Shown: positions 57,744 through 64,000 of the stretch, one piece after another
How the letters are laid out: each line of letters starts with the position of its first letter
Numbering within the stretch: position 1 is the stretch's first letter
Assembly: GCA_947085465.1 (NCBI GenBank)
Contig: CAMTWQ010000011.1
Location: 18,703 to 82,702, forward strand
Direction: 5' to 3'
Length of the DNA stretch: 64,000 bases
Origin: an uncultured Alphaproteobacteria bacterium
GTDB lineage: Bacteria; Pseudomonadota; Alphaproteobacteria; UBA11222
Made by a program: the position numbers and the translations under genes
Notes under the pieces: generated by a model
What the model was told of the DNA's origin: nothing
Seen by the model: the letters and a program-made list of their open reading frames with translations, nothing else
Databases searched by the model: none

Positions 57744-57761
57744 TTAATGTATATACATTAA
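57744..57761. promoter_or_regulatory. Perfect 18-bp palindrome TTAATGTATATACATTAA (candidate operator)
   Basis: It is self-complementary over 18/18 positions. It lies 24 nt upstream of the brnA-like ATG and 92 nt upstream of the divergent dioxygenase gene. Confidence 0.4.
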
Positions 57762-57852
57762 TTGTGAAAGTCAATGGATGATTGCACATATGCGCATTGG
57801 ATGCGCAGCCGCACTCTGTTAGCCTTGCGCAAATAAACGGGAGAGCGCAGCC

Positions 57853-59229
57853 ATGAACGCCATGACATTAACCACCGATATGCTGAATGATCTGGGCGCG
57901 CGCATGGCGGGTTGGCTGGTCAGAAATCCGGCCACTGGCGAATTTAAGCTGGACCGCGAAGTGTTCCTGGATGAAGCGCTGTTCGAGCTGGAAATGCGCC
58001 ATATATTCGAAGGCAATTGGGTGTATGTCGCGCATGAAAGCCAGCTTTCCAAACCGCATGATTTTCTGACCACCAGCATTGGCCGCCAGCCGGTGCTGCT
58101 GACCCGCCAGGCCAATGGCGAAATTGGCGGCTTTGTGAATGTCTGTTCGCATCGCGGCGCAAGGGTGTGCCGGCAAAAGCGCGGCAACCAGAAAATCTTT
58201 AGCTGCGGCTTTCACGGCTGGAGCTATGACAGCAACGGCACGCTGGTGAATGTAACCGATGAAAAAGGCGGCGCCTATCCGCCCGGGTTTGATCGCAAAA
58301 ATCTGGGGCTTAAACCCGTGGCGCGGCTGGAAAACTATCGCGGTTTTATCTTCGCCAGCCTGAATGCCGATAGTGTGCCGTTAACCGAATATCTGGCGGG
58401 CGCGCGCGCCTTCATTGACATGTATGTGGATCAGGCCGCCGATGGAAAGTTTGAACTGCTGCGCGGCGCCACGCGCTATACCTATAAGGGCAACTGGAAA
58501 TTACAAGTCGAAAACGGCCTTGATGGTTATCATGTGCCCACGGTGCACGCCAATTATGTGATGACTGTCACACGGCGCGTGGCGGGCGAATCCAAAAACG
58601 ACACAAAAGTGTCCGATCTATCAGGCATTGCCAAGAGCCCAGGCGGGTTCATAGCTTTCGATCATGGCCATGCCGTGATATTTTTTGAATATCCCAATTT
58701 CAAAGACCGACCGAATTACGAATATTATGAGGACTATCAGAAAAAATATGGGGCGCAGCGCACCCAGTGGATGTGTGAGCGGTTCCGCAATCTGCTGCTG
58801 TTTCCCAACGTGTTCTTGATGGATCAGACTAGTACTCAAATCCGCATCATCCGCCCGGTGTCCGTGGACGAAACCGAAATCACCACCTATTGCATCGCGC
58901 CGGTGGGCGAAAGCGCCGCCGCGCGCGCCTTGCGCATTCGCCAATATGAGGATTTCATGAACGCCAGTGGCATGGCGACGCCGGACGATATGACGGAATT
59001 TAACAATTGCCAGATCGGTTTTAACGGTCGCGCCTCGCGCTGGAACGACTTGTCTCGCGGCGCTACGCGCTGGGTTGACGGGGTGGATCAGGAGGGACGG
59101 GAAATGGGCTTTAACGCCCGCATGACCGGCATCGACATATCCGATGAGGGATTATATATCGCCATTCACGAAGACTGGCTGGCGCGAATGCAAAAGGCGC
59201 TGGCGCATGAACTGGCGGTCGCGCAATGA
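57853..59229 (+). CDS. Rieske aromatic-ring-hydroxylating dioxygenase, alpha subunit
   Basis: The Rieske motif is CSHRGARVC...CGFHGW. The catalytic domain carries the mononuclear-iron His residues (DGYHVPTVH). Confidence 0.9.
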   Translation: MNAMTLTTDMLNDLGARMAGWLVRNPATGEFKLDREVFLDEALFELEMRHIFEGNWVYVAHESQLSKPHDFLTTSIGRQPVLLTRQANGEIGGFVNVCSHRGARVCRQKRGNQKIFSCGFHGWSYDSNGTLVNVTDEKGGAYPPGFDRKNLGLKPVARLENYRGFIFASLNADSVPLTEYLAGARAFIDMYVDQAADGKFELLRGATRYTYKGNWKLQVENGLDGYHVPTVHANYVMTVTRRVAGESKNDTKVSDLSGIAKSPGGFIAFDHGHAVIFFEYPNFKDRPNYEYYEDYQKKYGAQRTQWMCERFRNLLLFPNVFLMDQTSTQIRIIRPVSVDETEITTYCIAPVGESAAARALRIRQYEDFMNASGMATPDDMTEFNNCQIGFNGRASRWNDLSRGATRWVDGVDQEGREMGFNARMTGIDISDEGLYIAIHEDWLARMQKALAHELAVAQ

Positions 59230-59720
59230 ACGAGGTGGATGCGCAATTTGTGTCTGTCAGCCGGTTTCTGGGGCTGGAGGCGGCGCTGCTGGACGCCAAA
59301 GACTGGGACGCCTGGCTTGCTCTGTACACGGAAGATGCCGAATATTGGGTTCCCGCCTGGGATGATGACGGCCAGCCCGTCACAGACCCGCAGCGCGAAA
59401 TTTCGCTGATCTATTACCCCAATCGCGGCGGCCTGGAAGACCGGGTGTTCCGCATCCGCACCGGGCGTTCGGCGTCCGCCAATCAGGCCACCCGCACCTG
59501 CCACCTGGTGCAGTTGCTGCGCGTTGAGGCGAAAGGCGAACGGGTGCGGGCGCGCGCCAACTGGAGCGTGCATTCGTTTCAGGAAAGCAGGACCATTCTC
59601 TATTACGGCTGGAGCGACTATGAACTGACGCCGCAGGGCGATGGCTGGCGCGTCGCAAAACGCAAATCCATCGTGCTGAATGACATCGCCGACACGATGC
59701 TGGATTTTTACATGATCTGA
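59226..59720 (+). CDS. Ring-hydroxylating dioxygenase, beta subunit
   Basis: 164 aa with an NTF2-like beta-subunit pattern (FLGLEAALLDAKDWDAWLALYTEDAEYWVP). Its ATG overlaps the alpha-subunit stop codon. Confidence 0.85.
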   Translation: MNEVDAQFVSVSRFLGLEAALLDAKDWDAWLALYTEDAEYWVPAWDDDGQPVTDPQREISLIYYPNRGGLEDRVFRIRTGRSASANQATRTCHLVQLLRVEAKGERVRARANWSVHSFQESRTILYYGWSDYELTPQGDGWRVAKRKSIVLNDIADTMLDFYMI

Positions 59721-59730
59721 CCGCAAGGAG

Positions 59731-60555
59731 GTGCGCGCAATGCCCTATATACAAGCTGGTGATATCCAAATTTATTATGAGAACGCAGGCGCCGGGCCAC
59801 GGCTGTTATTCATCAATGGCACCGGAGCAGATCTAAGGTTCCGGCCGAACATGTACGACGGCCCGCTGGGCAAGGCGTTTAATTTGCTTGGCTACGACCA
59901 GCGTGGCCTGGGCCGCACCGAAAAGCCTGACCGCCCTTACCACATGCGCGACTATGCCGATGACGCTGCCGCGCTGATGGCTGGGCTGGGTTGGGATCGC
60001 GCCCATGTAATGGGGGTTTCCTTTGGCGGCATGGTGGCGCAGGAATTCGCGTTGCGGCATCCGCAACGGGTTGAGCGTCTGGTGCTTGCCTGCACGTCAT
60101 CGGGCGGCGCGGGCGGCGCGTCGTATCCGCTGCACAAACTTCAGGATATGGGGGCCGAGGAGCGCACCAAATTCATCCTTCCGATTTCGGACACGCGCTG
60201 TGATGCGGCATGGATGGCGGCGCGCCCGGACGCCTTACGCCAGCAAATTGAGATGCGTCTCGCGGCGGATAAAATTGGCGCAGATGATCCCGACAGGCAT
60301 CTGGCCCCCATGGGCGCTCGCCGGCAGCTTGAGGCGCGCATAGATCATGATACGTATTCCCGGTTGGGTGAAATCCGTTCGCCTACATTGCTGTGTGCTG
60401 GCCGCTATGACGGCATTGCGCCGTTGGATAACATGCAGAGCATGCAGAAAAAAATACCCAACGCCGAACTGGAAATTTTTGAAGGCGGGCATTTATTTTT
60501 GCTGCAGGACAAAAAAGCCTATCCATCGATCATCAGTTTTCTGCAACGGGCATAA
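59731..60555 (+). CDS. Alpha/beta hydrolase
   Basis: 274 aa. The nucleophile elbow reads HVMGVSFGG and a C-terminal His context is present (EGGHLF). Confidence 0.85.
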   Translation: MRAMPYIQAGDIQIYYENAGAGPRLLFINGTGADLRFRPNMYDGPLGKAFNLLGYDQRGLGRTEKPDRPYHMRDYADDAAALMAGLGWDRAHVMGVSFGGMVAQEFALRHPQRVERLVLACTSSGGAGGASYPLHKLQDMGAEERTKFILPISDTRCDAAWMAARPDALRQQIEMRLAADKIGADDPDRHLAPMGARRQLEARIDHDTYSRLGEIRSPTLLCAGRYDGIAPLDNMQSMQKKIPNAELEIFEGGHLFLLQDKKAYPSIISFLQRA

Positions 60556-60557
60556 CC

Positions 60558-60974
60558 TTGGCGCCGGCGCCATTTTCAATTGAGCATATTGATCATGTGG
60601 TGCTGCGCGTGCGCGATATGCAGCGCTCGCTTAAGTTTTATTGCGATGTGCTTGGCTGCGCCGAAGAGCGCAGGCTGGCGCAATATGGCCTGGTGCAATT
60701 ACGCGCCGGCGGCGCGCTGATTGATCTGGTGGACATTGCGCTGCCGCTTGGCAGAAAGGGGGGGCATGCGCCCGGGCCGGAAGGCCGCAACATGGAGCAT
60801 TTCGCGCTGCGCATCACTCCGTTTGATGAAGCGGCGGTGCGCGCGCATCTTTCTGCCCACGCAATCGAGCCTGCTCCCGTGGAACAACGCTATGGCGCAG
60901 GCGGCGTAGGCCCCTCGATGTACATAACCGATCCTGACGGCAATGTGGTCGAGCTTAAAGGCCCGCCTGAGTGA
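60558..60974 (+). CDS. VOC-family (glyoxalase/bleomycin-resistance/dioxygenase fold) protein
   Basis: IEHIDHVVLRVRDMQRSLKFY... and ...MYITDPDGNVVEL are present. The start is TTG. Confidence 0.8.
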   Translation: MAPAPFSIEHIDHVVLRVRDMQRSLKFYCDVLGCAEERRLAQYGLVQLRAGGALIDLVDIALPLGRKGGHAPGPEGRNMEHFALRITPFDEAAVRAHLSAHAIEPAPVEQRYGAGGVGPSMYITDPDGNVVELKGPPE

Positions 60975-60975
60975 T

Positions 60976-61039
60976 CAGAGCAGCTTTCCACGATTAAGTG
61001 GGGTCACTTCGTTACTCCACTTAATCATGGGCTGCTCTA
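60976..61039. repeat. Solitary module-A hairpin repeat
   Basis: The sequence is cagagcagctttccacgattaagtgg...ccacttaatcatgggctgctcta. It fills the gap after the VOC stop codon and overlaps the last 19 nt of nrsF. Confidence 0.85.
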
Positions 61040-61704
61040 GGGTTAAAAATTCTTCCACCGGCAATTCGGTTTGCCGCCGCCACCATCACCACCCCGGCAC
61101 TATGCACAGCGATGCCAATCACGCTCGGATCATGGGGATGCACAAAACTCAGCAGCGTGACCGAGGCCCCCGCAACGGCCATCCCCGCCACCATCCCGGT
61201 AAGGTTGGGCTGCAACGAATACCCCCGGCGCAACATCAGGATCAGCGCCACGGAGAGTGGGATCGCCATCCCAACAATGAACACAAGACAGTCGCGCATC
61301 TCGGCGAATATTTCTTCATATGCCCCCATCTCCACAACCGTGCGCAAGCACCCAAGGCCACTGGCGCCAAGCCAAAACAGCAGGCCCGGCAGGGGCAGCA
61401 GCGCCCAAAACGGCTTGCGGTCTGGTAAACTCAAGTGAAAAGCGGCAATCGCCCCAAGCACGGCTGTTAAGGCGGAACCAAACATGGCAAGCCACATGTC
61501 GGGGGCGGCCGTCATCGCCTTCGCCATGACAGGCAAATCCGCAAACAGCGCAAGAATACTAGCCGAGACCGCAACCAAACCAAGCCAAACACCTGCCCGC
61601 AAAACAAATGCGCGCAGCGGTTTCACCGGCTTCAGATCAGCGGCCAGCGTATCGATCAGATGCGCATGTGATCCAGAATGCGAGGTGGCGTCGGTCACAG
61701 CCAT
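61021..61704 (-). CDS. nrsF: NrsF-family (DUF1109) anti-sigma-F membrane protein
   Basis: 227 aa with 6 TM segments. It is translationally coupled (TAATG overlap) to the upstream ECF sigma gene. Confidence 0.75.
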   Translation of the reverse strand: MAVTDATSHSGSHAHLIDTLAADLKPVKPLRAFVLRAGVWLGLVAVSASILALFADLPVMAKAMTAAPDMWLAMFGSALTAVLGAIAAFHLSLPDRKPFWALLPLPGLLFWLGASGLGCLRTVVEMGAYEEIFAEMRDCLVFIVGMAIPLSVALILMLRRGYSLQPNLTGMVAGMAVAGASVTLLSFVHPHDPSVIGIAVHSAGVVMVAAANRIAGGRIFNPRAAHD

Positions 61705-62291
61705 TATTCCTTGTTATCTAACTGGCCGCGCAGCGCGCTCAACGCCCGGTGCAGATTTACCTTAAGCGCGCCCTTTGACCTTCCCGTCACCATGGCCGCC
61801 TGCTCCAGCGATTGGTCTTTCAGGGCAAGCTGTTCAACCGCCTCGCGCTGGCCCGGGGAAAGCCCCGACACCGCCTTGCCAATCTGCTGTGACAGGCCGC
61901 TTTTTTCCCATCCCGCAGCCGGACCAGCAGCCGGGTCCGGGTGCAGCTCATAGGCCAGCGGCGCATAAATCTCGCGGCTGTTCTGGCGGCCGGACCGGCG
62001 CAGCACATCAACAGCGCGGCGTTGCGCAATGACCCGCAGCCAGGCCGTGAATGGGCGGCTGGGATCATAGGTATGGCGCGCCCGGTGCACGGTCATGAGA
62101 ACATCCTGTACCACATCATCAACCCGGTCAGCAGGCACCCGTTGGCCCCGCGCCACCTGGGCAATGAATGGCAGGCAATCGCGCAGCAGAGCGTCATAGG
62201 CCCGGCTGTCACCAGCCTGCGCGAGCGCCATCCAGGCCGACCATTGCCGGTCAGTTTCCGCATAGTGCGCCTGCTTGCCTTTGTCCGGCAT
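61704..62291 (-). CDS. sigF: ECF sigma factor (SigF-like, ECF16-type)
   Basis: Region 2 (DVVQDVLMTVH) and region 4 (LSPGQREAVEQLALKDQSLEQAAMVTGRSKGALKVNLHRA) are present. It is paired with nrsF, and a matching promoter motif lies upstream. Confidence 0.88.
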   Translation of the reverse strand: MPDKGKQAHYAETDRQWSAWMALAQAGDSRAYDALLRDCLPFIAQVARGQRVPADRVDDVVQDVLMTVHRARHTYDPSRPFTAWLRVIAQRRAVDVLRRSGRQNSREIYAPLAYELHPDPAAGPAAGWEKSGLSQQIGKAVSGLSPGQREAVEQLALKDQSLEQAAMVTGRSKGALKVNLHRALSALRGQLDNKE

Positions 62292-62401
62292 CTGCCCCCT
62301 GGCTGTTTTTATACAGCCGACGGAATATAGAATAGCCTCTGTCCAAAGGGAATGCTTCGTATGGGCGCGTTATTTCCTCCAATGCGCCTGATCAAAACCT
62401 A

Positions 62402-62427
62402 TTCGCCGTCACCGCCTTGCAGGTTAC
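62402..62427 (-). promoter_or_regulatory. Candidate SigF-type autoregulatory promoter GTAACC-N16-CGAA
   Basis: The minus strand reads GTAACC-tgcaaggcggtgacgg-CGAA. The -35 element is at 62427-62422 and the -10 element at 62405-62402, about 110 nt upstream of the sigF ATG. This matches the Caulobacter sigma-F promoter motif as I recall it. Confidence 0.55.
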
Positions 62428-62436
62428 GGTGGAGGG

Positions 62437-62922
62437 TTATTTGCGCCTCTCTAACATCGAAACGGCAACGATCACGTCTATATCGGCGCCATTGCTGGAC
62501 AACGGCGCAGTGATGGCTTCAAGACCTTGAAAATCCTGCCCCGGAATCCCTGCCCGCCTGGAAAATGTGCGAACCGGCGCCCTGACCTCCAACACCGTAC
62601 CGAGTACGCGCCGGATACGCTCGAAACAGGATGGCGGAAGCGCCGAAACCGGCTTGCTGCGTAAATCTTCGTTTTTACCGAGCATATCGGTCAAGGCGGA
62701 TCCAATGAGCCGGATGCGAAAATCAGCGTCGCCATCCACTACATCGTACATATGCAACCATGGCAGAATGCCAAGCAAGTCGCGAGGAACCACATCCGCG
62801 CGGCCCGGAAATTGCCGTGCACCACGTTTTGCATTCCAGTAAGCGTGAAAGCTGAGCAATTCGGGACGCTGGAAGTTTAGTTCCAGATCAAGGTGAAACC
62901 CGTTAACATCATTGGCCGGCAT
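62437..62922 (-). CDS. PAS_5 (DUF1457) single-domain protein
   Basis: 161 aa. LLSFHAYWNAKRGARQFPGRADVVPRDLLGILPWLHMYDVV...DFRIRLIGSAL is the family pattern. Confidence 0.7.
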   Translation of the reverse strand: MPANDVNGFHLDLELNFQRPELLSFHAYWNAKRGARQFPGRADVVPRDLLGILPWLHMYDVVDGDADFRIRLIGSALTDMLGKNEDLRSKPVSALPPSCFERIRRVLGTVLEVRAPVRTFSRRAGIPGQDFQGLEAITAPLSSNGADIDVIVAVSMLERRK

Positions 62923-63115
62923 GCGTTTTCTCCCCGGCGATTAATTCCTGGGCACGTAAGATTACCCAGGCCCGTAATGGACTGTTCGTTACGACAGACC
63001 GGAGGATTACAGTCGGGGGTAAAACAATGGAAGATGGGCGGCGATTGCCGTGGTGGCGGGGTGATCAGGCCACCCAGCCCCTACCCTCACATAGTTGTAT
63101 ATAGGCTATGAATTA

Positions 63116-63478
63116 TCAGGAACGCCCGGTTCGCGGCGCGCAGTTACACAGCACAGGCGCAGCGCCTTTCATCGTCTGCATCCATGGCGTGATCTTCGCT
63201 AAATTTTTCGCCATCGCCGCTTTTGCAATTTGCGTGTCATAATCCGCCTGCAAGCGCAGCCACCAGCCATCCGAAAGACCAAAAAACCGGCACAGCCGTA
63301 AATCCGTATCCGCCGTAACGGCGCGCCGTCCGGCAAGGATTTGACCAATGCGTTGCGCAGGCACACCGATTTCTTTCGCCAGCCGGTAATTGCTCATTGC
63401 CAGTGGCTTTAGAAATTCCTCGGCCAGCATCTCACCTGGTGAAACGGGTTTCAGTTTTCTGCTCATGTCAGTCAGCAT
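63116..63478 (-). CDS. higA: HigA-family antitoxin (Xre-type HTH)
   Basis: PVSPGEMLAEEFLKPLAMSNYRLAKEIGVPAQRIGQILAGRRAVTADTDLRLCRFFG...WLRLQADYD matches HigA. The start is ATG 63478 or 63466. Confidence 0.85.
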   Translation of the reverse strand: MLTDMSRKLKPVSPGEMLAEEFLKPLAMSNYRLAKEIGVPAQRIGQILAGRRAVTADTDLRLCRFFGLSDGWWLRLQADYDTQIAKAAMAKNLAKITPWMQTMKGAAPVLCNCAPRTGRS

Positions 63479-63483
63479 CCCTG

Positions 63484-63567
63484 TCAATGATATTCCACGA
63501 TTTCGACATCTTGCGCGTCAGTGCCGGTCCAACGAAATATATGTGTTAGATAGATGTCATGTCCCAT
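63484..63567 (-). pseudogene. higB: HigB toxin remnant (C-terminal ~19 codons only)
   Basis: The 27-codon ORF is MGHDIYLTHIFRWTGTDAQDVEIVEYH*. Its tail aligns with the HigB C-terminus (...NWRITFQF.NGDAYILNYEDYH* in Rts1 HigB). It ends 5 nt before higA, and everything upstream is repeat DNA. Confidence 0.6.
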
Positions 63568-63677
63568 CCATTCGTCATCGCGAGCAGCTTCGCTGCGTGG
63601 CGATCCAGAGTCCCACGGCAATGCCTGTGTTTGTGGCTCTGGATTGCGTCACTTCGTTCGCAATGACGAAGTGGATG
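63565..63677. repeat. ~113-bp palindromic element (CATCCA-TTCGTCAT-GCGA termini)
   Basis: The left arm is catccattcgtcatcgcgagcagcttcgctgcgtggcgatccagag. The right arm is ctctggattgcgtcacttcgttcgcaatgacgaagtggatg. The arms are inverted repeats around a ~26-nt loop. Confidence 0.7.
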
Positions 63678-63939
63678 TAGCTGATTCAACATAAATTCAT
63701 CCCACGTTATTAACGTCAAGCGTTATGGTTACTGGCGCTCGCCGCCTTGCGGGGATGCTTGTCTGAATTTACTCGCGATTATAACATGAAGCTGCTTTGT
63801 GTGCGGCGGGTTACGATGGGCAGCAAGGCAAGGGAGTGCAAGTGCTCAATGATAGTGGGAAATCGTGCAAGCAGGACCCGTTTGAAATTGCATATTGATT
63901 TTTATCCCAGAAATAGGATATTAAAGCTTGGCGCGTAAT

Positions 63940-64000
63940 TTGTCCAAAGGTGAAAAACCGCTCAACTGGATAGGCGCGTCCAAAAAGGACTTTCTCGACT
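63940..64000 (+). CDS. 5' end of a RelE/ParE-superfamily toxin of the phage Gp49-like (COG4679/DUF891) type; continues beyond the window
   Basis: From TTG 63940 the translation is (M)SKGEKPLNWIGASKKDFLD. This resembles the KPLxWxGSSxKDLxxFP N-terminus of that family. Only 20 codons are visible. Confidence 0.4.
   Translation, partial: MSKGEKPLNWIGASKKDFLD

Overview
A 64-kb GC-rich chromosomal segment. Gene content and synteny point to an alphaproteobacterium: rpoN-ptsN, an ECF sigF-nrsF pair, a DUF971/Trm112/Lon-N/thioredoxin block, and XrtA/PEP-CTERM exopolysaccharide genes. I call about 60 protein-coding genes and recognise no rRNA, tRNA, CRISPR array, transposase or integrase.

Layout:
- 0-5.3 kb: rpoN 3' part, ptsN, an LLM oxidoreductase, a C26 amidotransferase, gshB and a SirB1-like protein.
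- 5.4-15.7 kb: an enzyme-dense block with no regulator or transporter (IDH/IPMDH-family dehydrogenase, amidohydrolase-2, methyltransferase, BKACE, acyl-CoA dehydrogenase, SDR, class-II GATase, Fe-ADH, NTF2-like protein, MDR reductase).
- 15.9 kb: a periplasmic alpha-carbonic anhydrase.
- 16.9-27.0 kb: a glycan cluster built around a CDP-hexose pathway (rfbF, two TylCIII/NovU-type C-methyltransferases, an RfbC-like epimerase, a CmcI-like methyltransferase, SDRs, two acetyltransferases, GT2 and GT4).
- 27-37.9 kb: purH, an MFS transporter, a divergent pair of glutamate dehydrogenases (1609-aa NAD-GDH and gdhA), and an O-antigen-ligase-like gene.
- 38-44.6 kb: the conserved small-protein block, an FGE-like gene with znuA, inositol-3-phosphate synthase, and a HAD phosphatase.
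- 44.6-55.9 kb: a compact XrtA locus with a fused exosortase-EpsI gene.
- 56-64 kb: a secreted protein of unknown function, ycgN, an orphan BrnA-like gene, a Rieske dioxygenase cluster, sigF-nrsF, a PAS_5 protein, and decayed or partial toxin-antitoxin genes at the right edge.

I do not see a multi-gene block of wholly uncharacterised proteins. The most unusual signals are non-coding:
- A mosaic family of hairpin repeat modules with shared TAGAG...CTCTA ends and a shared linker, at 7 loci. Position relative to genes depends on module type, one copy is nested, and copies have remodelled the 3' ends of coding genes. One junction coincides with a truncated higB.
- A 16-unit heptanucleotide array that folds against inverted copies of itself.

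The other leads are the CDP-sugar cluster, which lacks a visible 4,6-dehydratase, and the stripped-down XrtA locus, which has no PEP-CTERM substrate or PrsK/R/T regulators in view. All functional calls come from by-eye motif recognition in the supplied translations. No database search was run.
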